Shown here: positions 1-10,900 of the stretch, in pieces
How positions within the stretch are numbered: the stretch's first letter is position 1
How the letters are laid out: the number at the start of each line of letters is the position of its first letter
DNA from: Pirellula sp.
GTDB taxonomy: Bacteria > Planctomycetota > Planctomycetia > Pirellulales > Pirellulaceae
Assembly (NCBI GenBank): GCA_046086605.1
Contig: JBJSXX010000290.1
Span: 1 to 51,887, forward strand
DNA length: 51,887 nucleotides
Direction of reading: 5' to 3'
The notes under the pieces: model-generated
What the model saw: the letters and a program-made list of their open reading frames with translations, nothing else
Told to the model about the DNA's origin: nothing
The model's database searches: none
Program-made: the position numbers and the translations under genes

Positions 1-278
1 TGCTGTTGCAGTTCGGCCAAAACTTTCTTGTCGTTTTGAAGATCCTCTGCCCGGGCTTGGGGCGAAAGATCATCGAGTTCATGATCGTAATCATGATTTC
101 CTAAATAGGTTGCAAACATGGGATGGCGTTTGCATTGATCGTCGAGCCATTCCTGGAACCGCGTCGCAAGTCCCGCGTCGGCTTGCGCCGTATCTTGTGC
201 GAGGGTTGGAGCGTCGAAAAAAACACAGAAGGTGGCAAGAGCAAAAGCGATAATAAGGTATTGAGTGCATCGGAACAT
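1..278 (-). CDS. DUF885-family secreted protein, 5' part (runs off left edge; not in ORF track)
   Basis: Manual translation from ATG at 278: MFRCTQYLIIAFALATFCVFFDAPTLAQDTAQADAGLATRFQEWLDDQCKRHPMFATYLGNHDYDHELDDLSPQARAED... It has a signal peptide and a P-x-x-AT-x-LG-x-H-x-YD-x-x-L-x-D-x-S motif typical of DUF885. The ATG directly follows the hisB stop. Confidence 0.75.
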   Translation of the reverse strand, partial: MFRCTQYLIIAFALATFCVFFDAPTLAQDTAQADAGLATRFQEWLDDQCKRHPMFATYLGNHDYDHELDDLSPQARAEDLQNDKKVLAELQQ

Positions 279-872
279 TTATAGGACTCCTTTGGAGCTT
301 GGAATACCCTGTTGACGCGGATCGATTTCGATCGCGTTTCGGATCGCACGCGCCGTCGACTTGAAGATCGCTTCGGCGATATGGTGCGTGTTTCGTCCGT
401 AATGCAAGAGGACGTGGAGATTGCATTGTGCATTGTTGGCGAATGCTTGCCAAAAGTCTTCGACGAGTTCACTGTCAAAGTCACCGATTTTTGGGGAGGG
501 CATCGGTGCGTTGAAGACCAAATAGCTACGACCACTAAAGTCAACGGCGGTTGTAACGAGGGTTTCTTCCATCGGCAAGACGATATGACCGTAGCGTCGA
601 ATACCAGACTTATCGCCAAGGCAATCGCGAAGAGCTTGGCCCAGGCAGATACCGACATCTTCGGTCGTATGGTGAGCATCGATATGCAGATCGCCAGTGG
701 CGTGGATTTCTAGATCGATAAGAGCATGCTTGGAGAACAGGACAAGCATGTGGTCGAGGAATCCGACACCGGTTTGGATCGAGTGTTTACCGGTACCATC
801 GAGGTTGATTTTCAGTTCAATTTGGGTCTCGGCGGTCTTGCGCTCGAGATGGCTAGTACGATGGGTCTGCAT
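279..872 (-). CDS. hisB: imidazoleglycerol-phosphate dehydratase
   Basis: Motifs [44 protein letters not shown] and IPSSKGVL. Start placed at MQTHR (872); the ORF-track extension to 1160 looks non-coding. Confidence 0.97.
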   Translation of the reverse strand: MQTHRTSHLERKTAETQIELKINLDGTGKHSIQTGVGFLDHMLVLFSKHALIDLEIHATGDLHIDAHHTTEDVGICLGQALRDCLGDKSGIRRYGHIVLPMEETLVTTAVDFSGRSYLVFNAPMPSPKIGDFDSELVEDFWQAFANNAQCNLHVLLHYGRNTHHIAEAIFKSTARAIRNAIEIDPRQQGIPSSKGVL

Positions 873-956
873 AGTAGGATCGCTCCGTATAGGATTGTTG
901 GTTGACTGATTATGACCTAAGTTGTGAAAACTACCAATTGTCCTTCCGACCCGTGC

Positions 957-1165
957 GACCCACAGGATCATGACTACCCCACCAAACGACACCATCGAAA
1001 CATTCGATCCTACCCAAACACCACAAGAATACTCCTGCGATTGGGCCCAAACCAACGCATCGTAGGGGCATATATCAGATTCCAGGCCGTTGGATGCGGG
1101 TTCAACGGATATTCGCAAAAGAACGTAGGGTGCCTTGAGGGGCACGGGCAGCAAGCCCATGCTAC
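957..1165. repeat. cluster of GTAG-type REP-like hairpins
   Basis: Minus strand: GTAGTCATGATCC-TGT-GGGTC (957-977), GTAGG-ATCGAA-TGT-TTCGAT (994-1013), GTAG-CATGGGC-TTGCT-GCCCGTG (1143-1165). Plus strand: GTAGG-GTGCC-TTGAGG-GGCAC (1125-1145). Confidence 0.5.
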
Positions 1166-1203
1166 ATGCTATTTCTTTCCAAAGGAAAAGAGGGACTGGT
1201 GCT

Positions 1204-2064
1204 TCAAGCCGTTTTCATGCCCATCGACGACTTGATGGAGTTCAGGAGTTCCACTGCGTGTTGGATCTCCGCTTTCTGCCGATCGGGTTCCTGTGGGATT
1301 TCACGCTCGATCGTTAGCGGCCCGGTATAACCGATCTCCTTGAGGGTTTGCAAATAGAGTCCGATGTTGACTTGCCCTTTACCCAAGGGGACTTCGGCTC
1401 CCCAGGTTTTCCCCGGCTGGTCGCTCCATGTGGCATCCTTGCAATGCACACTTCGAACATACTTGCCAACCTTACGCAACGCTTCGATCGGTTCTCCCAT
1501 GCCGTAGAGAATCATGTTCGCAGGATCGAAATTGATAAACAAGTTCGAACGCTGCGTATCGGAAATAAACTGCAGCAGCGCATCGGCAGTCTCTTGGCCA
1601 GTTTCTAAATGGATCGCTTGTTCGTTTTTCGCGGCATGATCGCATAAGTTTCGAGTCACTTCGATTACCTCAGCGTAATCCTTGCTCTTGGTATCGTGTG
1701 GAACCACTCCGATGTGCAACCCGACAACGTCACAACCTAAGAGCCTTGCGAAGTCAGCGATCTCTTTCATCTCTTTGAGTCGTGCCGCACGGGTTTCGGT
1801 AGGGACCAATCCAATCGTTCGCTCGACGGTAGGGATATCTGCGTAGCTTTCTCCATCGAAGCCACCAAACACACAAGTCAATTCAATTCCATAGTCATCT
1901 AACTTTTTCAGGAACGCTTCGGCAGCCGTAGGCGTTCTCCCCGATGCATGCGGTGTGTGCAATTGGATCGAAGGCACCCCTAGCTCGCGAGCCACATCCA
2001 AATGAACCCCGAGTCCAGCATCGATGCTGGTAAATACGCCAATGGACCACGGTGCTAAAGGCAT
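1204..2064 (-). CDS. sugar phosphate isomerase/epimerase (xylose isomerase-like TIM barrel)
   Basis: Metal-binding motifs HLETGQE, INFDPAN, VHCKD and [11 protein letters not shown]. Confidence 0.88.
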   Translation of the reverse strand: MPLAPWSIGVFTSIDAGLGVHLDVARELGVPSIQLHTPHASGRTPTAAEAFLKKLDDYGIELTCVFGGFDGESYADIPTVERTIGLVPTETRAARLKEMKEIADFARLLGCDVVGLHIGVVPHDTKSKDYAEVIEVTRNLCDHAAKNEQAIHLETGQETADALLQFISDTQRSNLFINFDPANMILYGMGEPIEALRKVGKYVRSVHCKDATWSDQPGKTWGAEVPLGKGQVNIGLYLQTLKEIGYTGPLTIEREIPQEPDRQKAEIQHAVELLNSIKSSMGMKTA

Positions 2065-2138
2065 CTAGAAAACCCTTCAAAAACTAACAAGGAATCGTAA
2101 GGAGTGTGATGGAAGGAACCTTGAAAAAGAGATCCATT

Positions 2139-2465
2139 TTACAGCATCCGCGAGCGAGCCATCGCGTCTTCTGCCATGCGAATGAAACTCGTATCACCCG
2201 TCCCTGCATAGGCACGTTGATAGGTGACACTTAAAAGTGTGAAATTGAAACCTTCGTTCGGTTCTATTTGACAAGCTTTCTCGGCATGAGCAACAGCCCG
2301 ATGATGCTCTCCGAGGCTTGTGAAAATGCGAGCTAACGTTAAGTGACTCAGCACATGCTCAGGGGACTCTTCGAGGATACTTAAGAGCATGTCTCGAGCC
2401 TCTTCGGCTTGCCCCGAATCTTTGAGTTTTTCAGCTTGGCTGTAACGTTCGTCTACGGTGCTCAT
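2139..2465 (-). CDS. small TPR-like protein
   Basis: TPR-like helices (ESPEHVLSHLTLARIF...AEKACQIEPNEGFNFTLLS). Start placed at MSTVDERY. Confidence 0.75.
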   Translation of the reverse strand: MSTVDERYSQAEKLKDSGQAEEARDMLLSILEESPEHVLSHLTLARIFTSLGEHHRAVAHAEKACQIEPNEGFNFTLLSVTYQRAYAGTGDTSFIRMAEDAMARSRML

Positions 2466-2687
2466 AGGTCCACTGGAATACGGGGTGGGTGTAAGGATTG
2501 GCTTATGCTTGCTGGATCGCAACTTGGCTTACGGGTCGCAATTGTAGCGTTACCCGATGAGCTTTGGGAACAGGATCCGGGCTTAATCCGGAGCTTTGCC
2601 CATGGCAGCCGGGCCCCGAGAAGGTAATATTTTCCGGTCGCGAATGTTTTGTGCCTCCGGTGCCTTTGACGAAAGCGTTGATCCCAC

Positions 2688-3407
2688 ATGGAAATTTGGC
2701 CTGCCATCGACCTGCTCGGGGGCAATTGCGTCCGTCTCAGGCAAGGAGATTACTCTCAAAATACGGTCTTTAGCCAAGATCCTGGCCTAGTAGCTAAGAC
2801 CTGGTTTGATGCCGGAGCCGACTTCCTCCACTGCGTTGATTTGGACGGTGCGAAATCCGGAAGCCTTGTCAATCACCAAGCCGTCCGGCAAATACTCAAG
2901 GCCGCCGACGGCAAAACGGTACAACTCGGGGGCGGGGTACGCAGTGAGGAGTCAATCCGCAGACTCTTCGATCTTGGACTCTCGCGATTGATCGTCGGAA
3001 CTGCAGCCCTCAAAGATCCCCAATGGTTCGGAGCCATGTGCCAAGCGTTCCCGAACCGATTGGTCTTGGGACTCGACGCGAAATCAGGAATGGTGGCCAC
3101 AGAAGGCTGGTTGGACGTTTCGAAAACCCCGGCGACTGAACTGATCGATCAAGTTGCACAGCACACCGATCAGTGCGCTGCGGTCGTTTACACCGACATC
3201 GAAAAAGACGGGATGATGGAAGGCCCGAATTTCCAGAGCCTGGCCGAAATTCAAAAGGTTTCCCCTTTTCCTGTGATCGCCTCAGGAGGAGTGACAACAC
3301 TTGATGATCTGAAGCGATTGGTAGATCAAGGAACCCATGGGGCGATCATCGGACGAGCCTTGTACGAAGGAACGATCCAACTCCGTGACGCACTTAGAAT
3401 TAGCTAA
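2688..3407 (+). CDS. hisA: ProFAR isomerase
   Basis: Motifs PAIDLLGGNCVRLRQGDY, HCVDLDGA, QLGGGVR, YTDIEKDG, IASGGV and GRALY. Confidence 0.97.
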   Translation: MEIWPAIDLLGGNCVRLRQGDYSQNTVFSQDPGLVAKTWFDAGADFLHCVDLDGAKSGSLVNHQAVRQILKAADGKTVQLGGGVRSEESIRRLFDLGLSRLIVGTAALKDPQWFGAMCQAFPNRLVLGLDAKSGMVATEGWLDVSKTPATELIDQVAQHTDQCAAVVYTDIEKDGMMEGPNFQSLAEIQKVSPFPVIASGGVTTLDDLKRLVDQGTHGAIIGRALYEGTIQLRDALRIS

Positions 3408-3512
3408 TTCGATACTTCCGCAAAACATTTTGGCTTGAAGCTAGGCTAAGGCTTGTTTCGTCGATTCGTTCTACGGTACACTTGAGGTATAAGTGCCCGT
3501 TTTGGCGCTTAG

Positions 3513-3947
<435 letters not shown>

Positions 3948-3984
3948 CGAACTTTCTTACCCTCTAGCATCCGTCGAATAAGAC

Positions 3985-6597
3985 TTGTCCTCTCTTCATC
4001 CCCAGGTCATTGAGTCCAGGCAACAACTCGCCGAAGCTCGGCTCAAGTCGGCGAATTTGCACGCGTCTGGAAATACTGGACCTCAGGTCTGTCTTGCTTG
4101 GGCCGATTCAGTCGATGCGATCGTTCATCGACTGCTTTCGGTTGCTTGCCAAGAAGAGAATGTGGATCCGACCAAGTTTGCCTTTTTGGCCTTAGGAGGT
4201 TATGGGCGTCGGGACCTCGCCCCTTACTCCGACTTGGATCTGATGCTTTTGCACAACAATCTTCCCGAAGCAAAGCTTCAAGGTTTAGCGCGAAAAGCTT
4301 CCCAGATGATTGGCGATTCGGGATTCCAACTCGGATTCTCCGTACGCACTCCGTTTCAATGTCGACAATTGGCTTGGACGGATGCCCAAGTCTTGACATC
4401 GCTCGTCGAGATGCGGCTTGTGTATGGATCCGAGTCGCTCTTTAACTCGTTCGAGAATTCCTTCAAAAACGGGGCAAAACTCCGCTGGCGATCGCTAGCA
4501 GGGATGATCGAACGGGAACGTTTTGAAGAACGACAAAAGTATGGTGAAACTGAGTTTCTGCTCCATCCGAATGTCAAACGATCTCGTGGTTGTTTGAGGG
4601 ATGTTCAGATTGTTCGCTGGATCGGATTTGTTTGCTTTGGCGAAAAAAGCCCCGAGCAGCTTCGGGATGTCGGACTGCTAGCCGAAGAGGACTATACTCC
4701 GATTCGCGACGGGTATGCCTATTTGCTACGACTCAGAAATCAATTGCATTTCATGGCGGGGCGAGCCCTGGACTCTCTGGATCGATCCAAGCAGATGGAG
4801 TTGGCCAAGTGGATGGGCTTCCAAGGACGCGAAGGAGTTCTGCCGGTCGAAGAATTCATGACACAATTTTTTGATCTTACTAGCGAGCTTCGATACAGTT
4901 CCGCCAACTTCGTCGGTATGGCCCGATCTCGTCTGACTCCGTTCGGATTTCTCTACCGTTTCCTGAGCCTCTCTGCTGGCAAGGGACTTAGGCTCGGACT
5001 CAAAGAAGTATGGGCCACACGCAAAGGACTCGAACGTATAGGCGATGATCCAGGCATGGTTCTCGAACTCATGCAAATCGCCAACCGACATCAGAAGCGT
5101 ATCGAGCACAAGACATGGCGAACAATCCGCAAAGGAATGCTCAGGCGGATCGATAAGCCCGTGGGGCCCGAAGCCATCAGCCGCTTCCTAGGTCTAATGA
5201 GCACCCCCGGCAGACTCGGTGAAATACTCAGGCGACTCCACGAACTGCGAGTGCTCGAACAAATCATTCCCGCCGTTCGCCATACGCGCTCGCTGCTTCA
5301 ATTCAACGAGTACCACAAGTACACGGTCGATGCTCACTGCATCAAAAGCGTCGAGTGCGTCGTGGAATTCGCCAAGAGAAACGACTTTCTAGGCGAGCTG
5401 TATCGGAAATCCAAGCAAAAACTCATCTTGCACTTAGCACTCCTGCTGCACGATCTGGGTAAGGGGTTTGTCGAAGACCACTCGGAGGTCGGCTTGCGGA
5501 TCGCGGATGAAACGTCGCATATCCTCGGACTTTCCGAAGCCGATCGCGAACTGATCTGCTTTCTAGTGCATCAGCATTTGATCATGACCCTCACGGCATT
5601 CCGCTTCGATCTGACTCAACTCTCGACAATCGTTAAATTCGCTCAGCAAGTCGGATCTCTTGAAAGACTCCAATTGCTAACCCTCCTTTCCTGTGCAGAT
5701 CTTGCCGCCGTCGGACCAGGTGCACTCAACGATTGGAAACTGAATCTACTTCACCAACTCTACGATGCGACAGCCTCGCAGTTGCAGACCGGTGAACCCC
5801 TCGAACACCAAACGTCGGCAAAAGAAAACAATCGCAAAGCGGTCTTCGACCTTCTGTCTTCCGAGGAAAAAAACAGCGAGGTCTGGAGAGAGCGGGTTGC
5901 TGCGATACCAACGACTTATTTATTCCAAAGCAAGCCACCGGAGTTGGTGGCCGAACTTCGCCGAATCCACAACCTCTCCGAAGAGCACCCCGTTGAAGTT
6001 TGGGCCGAGTACTTGGCCGATCGCGATGCCACCGAATACATCATTGCAGTGCATCCGAGCCGTACCACAGGTTTGTTCCACCGTATCACAGGCGCAATGG
6101 CAACTCAGAGATTGAGTATCCTGTCGGCAGAGATTCAATCTCTACCTGACAACGCAGCTTGGGATCGATTTTTAGTCGACGATCCGGACTTTCAAGGTGC
6201 ACCGGTTCCGAGCCGCCTGAGCCAGGTCTGCCAAGCGATCACCAGGGCAGTCGAGTCGGTCGAACCAATGCCACCGACCTTCAAGCGGACTTGGAAAGGA
6301 CAAGGTTCCGAGGAGTCTCAAGCATCCCGCTTGCAACCGACCCAAGTTCGTTTTGATAATTCCAGTTCTGAGAATTTTACGATCATCACGATCTTTGCCT
6401 ATGATCGCATCGGACTCCTATACGATATCTCAAGGATCCTCTTCGATTTCCAACTCGATCTGCAGGTTGCCAAAGTCAGCACGCACTTGGATCAGGTCGT
6501 CGATGTGTTTTATGTCAACGATTCCAATGGCAATAAGATCACGGAATCAACCTACCTTTACACGCTACGCCAAGCATTGTTAAGAGCGATCGAATAG
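3985..6597 (+). CDS. glnD: [protein-PII] uridylyltransferase / uridylyl-removing enzyme
   Basis: NTase motif ALGGYGR...SDLDL, HD domain (YHKYTVDAH, LLHDLGKG) and C-terminal ACT domains (DRIGLLYDIS, DVFYV). Confidence 0.96.
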   Translation: MSSLHPQVIESRQQLAEARLKSANLHASGNTGPQVCLAWADSVDAIVHRLLSVACQEENVDPTKFAFLALGGYGRRDLAPYSDLDLMLLHNNLPEAKLQGLARKASQMIGDSGFQLGFSVRTPFQCRQLAWTDAQVLTSLVEMRLVYGSESLFNSFENSFKNGAKLRWRSLAGMIERERFEERQKYGETEFLLHPNVKRSRGCLRDVQIVRWIGFVCFGEKSPEQLRDVGLLAEEDYTPIRDGYAYLLRLRNQLHFMAGRALDSLDRSKQMELAKWMGFQGREGVLPVEEFMTQFFDLTSELRYSSANFVGMARSRLTPFGFLYRFLSLSAGKGLRLGLKEVWATRKGLERIGDDPGMVLELMQIANRHQKRIEHKTWRTIRKGMLRRIDKPVGPEAISRFLGLMSTPGRLGEILRRLHELRVLEQIIPAVRHTRSLLQFNEYHKYTVDAHCIKSVECVVEFAKRNDFLGELYRKSKQKLILHLALLLHDLGKGFVEDHSEVGLRIADETSHILGLSEADRELICFLVHQHLIMTLTAFRFDLTQLSTIVKFAQQVGSLERLQLLTLLSCADLAAVGPGALNDWKLNLLHQLYDATASQLQTGEPLEHQTSAKENNRKAVFDLLSSEEKNSEVWRERVAAIPTTYLFQSKPPELVAELRRIHNLSEEHPVEVWAEYLADRDATEYIIAVHPSRTTGLFHRITGAMATQRLSILSAEIQSLPDNAAWDRFLVDDPDFQGAPVPSRLSQVCQAITRAVESVEPMPPTFKRTWKGQGSEESQASRLQPTQVRFDNSSSENFTIITIFAYDRIGLLYDISRILFDFQLDLQVAKVSTHLDQVVDVFYVNDSNGNKITESTYLYTLRQALLRAIE

Positions 6598-6598
6598 A

Positions 6599-7819
6599 TC
6601 AACGTTTGCGACCGAACTCCGCCGTTCGCTTCTCGACAAACGCTCGTATGCCCTCGGTCGCGTCGTCCAACTGCAGGCAACGAATGTAGGCCTCGGTATC
6701 GGCCCGATAAGCCACCTTGGGCTGCGAGCCTTCGTCCAGATGCAAGAGCATCTTCGTTTGACGCATCGCTTCGGCTGGAAGTTTCAATAGTCGCTCGGCC
6801 CAAGCCATGGCTCTCTTTTCTAACTGCCCCCTGGGCACTAACTCGTGTACCAATCCCCATTCGAAAGCCTTTTGAGCCGCGATTGGCTCACCCAATAGAC
6901 ACATCTCCAAAGCCCTCGACTTACCGATGAGATTCGTAAGCTGAGCGATGCCATAACCTGGCGGCCACCCCAACTTGATCTCCGGCATCCCAAATCGAGC
7001 ATCGTGGGATGCCAAGCGGAAATCAGCCGAATATGCTGCAACGCATCCGCCACCCATCGCGTCTCCATGGACCATCGCAATGAGGATCTGCGGCAATCGC
7101 TCCCAGGCCAAGTACATCTCGGCCTGCCTAAGGCTCAATTCCCTTGCGAACTCGGGCGTAAAGCCAGGCAACTCCTTGATATCGTCCCCGGCGCAAAAAG
7201 AGTCTCCAGCCCCGCGCAATAAGACCACGCGAAGCTCTTCTTTGTGTCCAAGCAACCAACTGACGAGTTTCTCAAAATCGCTAGTCATCTCGGCATTGAC
7301 CGCATTGAGCGATCGGGGCCGATTGAGTGTCACCGTCGCGATCGGTCCAGATTGCTCGACCAGCAATGTTTGCATCGAGGGCAACGCTCCATCGTTAGGA
7401 ATAAGATTCATCGCCCTTGGGCCCTCCTGACTTTGCTTATCAAGATTTTCTATGAGACGCTCAAGCTTCACCAGCGCTCTGGTATGCGTGCCGAAACCCA
7501 GTTGCCGCTCGCCACACCAAGCAGACACATCGAAATGAATCCGCTTGCCATCGATACCCGTTATGCGAGCTTCGCCTCGAACTACCGAACCGATCCCTGC
7601 ACCGCTAACATGCTGGATCTGAACGTCGGTTCCGACAGATTCTTCACCCGACTCAAGGTAAGGCCTAAGAGCTTCCCTGGCCGAACGCTCCATAAGCATG
7701 ATCATGTTCGGGGTCGAGAATACTGTCGCCCTAGGATCGCCTCCGAGCGTGATCACCATCGAGCTATCGACGTTCCAAATCAGCTCGCCGATAGCTCCCG
7801 GTTGCAATCCTGGTTTCAT
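6599..7819 (-). CDS. FlK-like hot-dog thioesterase fused to an enoyl-CoA hydratase/isomerase (crotonase) domain
   Basis: N-terminus VFSTPNMIMLME...SVGTDVQIQH...GTHTR. C-terminus TLNRPRSLNA, FCAGDDI, GGG, FGMPEIKLG and EGIRAFVEKR. Confidence 0.85.
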   Translation of the reverse strand: MKPGLQPGAIGELIWNVDSSMVITLGGDPRATVFSTPNMIMLMERSAREALRPYLESGEESVGTDVQIQHVSGAGIGSVVRGEARITGIDGKRIHFDVSAWCGERQLGFGTHTRALVKLERLIENLDKQSQEGPRAMNLIPNDGALPSMQTLLVEQSGPIATVTLNRPRSLNAVNAEMTSDFEKLVSWLLGHKEELRVVLLRGAGDSFCAGDDIKELPGFTPEFARELSLRQAEMYLAWERLPQILIAMVHGDAMGGGCVAAYSADFRLASHDARFGMPEIKLGWPPGYGIAQLTNLIGKSRALEMCLLGEPIAAQKAFEWGLVHELVPRGQLEKRAMAWAERLLKLPAEAMRQTKMLLHLDEGSQPKVAYRADTEAYIRCLQLDDATEGIRAFVEKRTAEFGRKR

Positions 7820-7949
7820 ACCCTGCTCTCGATTGCCAACTTCGGTGCAACGTCGAGTCGTTCGTGGTCGAATATTGGCTCTGACATTTGCATCCTTTCG
7901 AGTACGAGGACGAGGAATTACGTCCTGAAATACGAATGATCAACTACGA

Positions 7950-10900
7950 CTAATGATCCCCGTGACCGCCATGGTCATGCCCGTGAAACGCAGGATTCTT
8001 TTTGTCTCCCCGCGAGAGGACATAAGCCATCAGATCCAAAATCTCTTCCTTCGTCAATTTGTTGAGCAATCCTTGAGGCATCGTCGAAACTGCCGAGACT
8101 TTCTGCCCGACAATCTCATCCTTATCCAAAACCGTCGGCTCACCCTTGGCAAGCGGATCGACCATCACCTTGATCGACTTGTCGTTCTCCTCGACGACCA
8201 TACCGGTGATGATCGCATCAGAATCCATTTGGAAGATCCTTGCCCGGTACTTGTCCTCAATGTCTGCAGAAGGCATCAGCAGAGACTTAAGTACGTATTC
8301 GGCATTCATCTTCTTATCGTCGAGTTTGGTCAAATCAGGACCGAACTCTTTGCCCTCACCACCGAGTTTATGGCATCCAACGCAACTGGCGGCTGCGAAG
8401 AGACTCTTGCCAACCTCGTAGGATCGCCCGGCTTTTAGGCTCTTGAGTTCTCCGGCTAGGTCCTCAATCTTCCACTCGGTATTGCGCCCGACGGATTTTA
8501 AGAGTTCATCCCGAATTTCCATCGGATTGGCAGCAAGGTAAGCTTCCGGATTGCTGTTGTATTGTTCGAGGTTCGGGACAACAACCAGGACACCGAACAT
8601 GCGTCTCCAGTGGCCTGGGTAGGTGCAGACATAAGGATACATCCCGGGTTCCTTGGGGACCTCGAAGCTCAGCGACTGGGATTCCCCTGGGCCGATGAGT
8701 TTGCTTGCGATCAACACCTTATCGGACTTCGGGATGAAATTTCGTTCGCGGGCATCTGGATCCTGTGCCTCTGCATCCGACTTGAGTCCAATCTCTTCGA
8801 GAGCACCGGGCTTGAGGATCACGAAATTGTGGGGCATATTGTCGGTGTTCGCAAATCGAAACTCGACAGGCTTGCCAGCTTCGACAACGATCCTTTCTTT
8901 GTCGTAGATCATCCGCTCAACGACGGTGCCAATAGCGATCGTGCGAACATCCAGATTTTGCAAGCGTTCGGAAACGGCCTTGGCCAATTCCGGCGACAGT
9001 TTGCTCGAAAGCGATTTGACCAATTCGACCGTATCGGTCGCAGGCCCGCTTGTGCGAAGCTTCGCAGGAATCGAACTCAGATAGCCGACGAGGTTATCGA
9101 CCAAGCTCGGCAGTTCCTTGGTATCCCAGCTCGTATCGGGCAAAGTTCGCAGAACCTCAATGGCTGTGGAGCGCTGGCGATCGGACTTGATAAGTTTCGT
9201 TAGATCCGCGAATTTTTCCTTCTCGTACCCAGGGATCGCAGCGACGGCTTGGATGGCCAAGTCATGGAGCGTCTCTCCGACTCCTCCTGCAGTGAGTCGA
9301 TCGGCAGGGATCGCTTGCTTTTGAATCCCTGGACCGCTCCATGCGACACTCAGTCCATCACCGCCACCGTTATCGAAGTAGGTGACCATGAGTTTATGAG
9401 GACCTGCAGTAAGCTCAACAGATCCAGACCTTTCGGTCATCCCTTGGAGCCGATCGTTGTCGACCAGGAGTTTGTCGTCGACGTAGATTCTCGAACCGTC
9501 ATCCGAAGCGACAAAGAACGTGTACTTGCCGGCTTTAGGAATGATGATGTTGCCGGTGAAACGAAGGGCAAAATCATCGGCTTGTTTACGCTGAGGCACA
9601 TTCATGACGATTTGAGGAACGATGCCGCTGTCGGTCGGTTTGATGGCCGCTAGCGTCTCTGCGGCGACATTGTCGGGAGCAGGGTAGAAGTAATCGACCT
9701 GGATGCCGGCTTGTTGCAATCCAGTCCCCTTCGGTTCGGCTTCGAGTGCTGATGGCAGATCGAACATGAGCGTTCGGGCCGAAGCAAAGAGATTTTTCTT
9801 CAGATCCGCGTTGGCGATTCCGGGGATTGCTTTGAGCAGATCCCGCAAGCCTTCTTTGCTGGTCGAAGCAGTTGCAAAGGGCGCATCACCATTGCCTTCG
9901 GCGGTTGCCCAAGCGGCGTAGCCCAATTGACGGGTCTCGGCCTGCTTGGCCTTGGTCGCCAAGTTTTGAAGTGCGCCTCGGTTCTTGCGAATCTCAGCGA
10001 GTGGTTGTTCGAGCAAGAGTTCCCGAAGTCCCTTGAGGGCTTCGGTTTGTCCGGCTTGATCTCGATCTCCGACGAGCTTGAGAATCACTGGGATCGAGCT
10101 CTCTTTGCGCATTTCCGAGAGGCCTTTGAGGGCTTCTCGAAGCGATCCGGTCGACGCATTGGTGCGATCGAGGATGGCCTGGTAAACACGTTCTGCCTTG
10201 GGCAATTTCAGGAGCGCTTCGGGGCTAGCGTTCTTGAGAGCATACTCCATGGCCGCATCGGAAAGCTTCTTATTTGATGCGATCGCATCCTGGAGTCCCT
10301 GATCGATTTTCGCCCTTTGTTTCGCATAGCGAATCACCGTATCGAGTTCCGGATCCGTCGGACGCACGGAAGCTTCAAAGATCGCTTCGATCGCATCGTA
10401 ACCATCGAACTCGACGGCGGACTTGACTGCTTCGGCCCGAACCAGAGCAGCATCATCCTTGGCCGCCGTCAAGAGAACCGGTCCCCAGTCTTGGATTCGT
10501 CCTGCCCAATGGCCTAGAGTTCGAACCGCGGCGGCGCGAACGCGAGGCTCGGCGGCTTTATAGGTTTTGGCGATCCAACCAAGATCGGGTTTGCGGTGTT
10601 CTTCAAGAACCCAGAGTCCTTCGAGGAGGGCTTGGGCATGAGTAGGATTCGCAGGATCGAGTGTTTTCGACCAAGCGTTCAACGCCGTAACGACTTCGTC
10701 TGCTTTTCGGCTGCTGAGTTCCAAGCGGGCTCGGTAGCGTGTACCGTTCTCCTTGGACATGAATGCAGCCAAGACCTCAGCAATCGGTTTGCCTTTGAGC
10801 TTCGCCGGCTTTAGAGCTTGTTTGCCTTCAGGAGTCACGCGATAGATACGACCGTGCTGGTCATCTCGGTTGGGGTCGCGCATGTTGTGCTGCATGTGGC

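Noticed and set aside
873-1160. 96-aa N-terminal extension of HisB in the ORF track
   Set aside because: It does not resemble the HisB phosphatase domain and runs through REP-like hairpins; probably a chance open frame.
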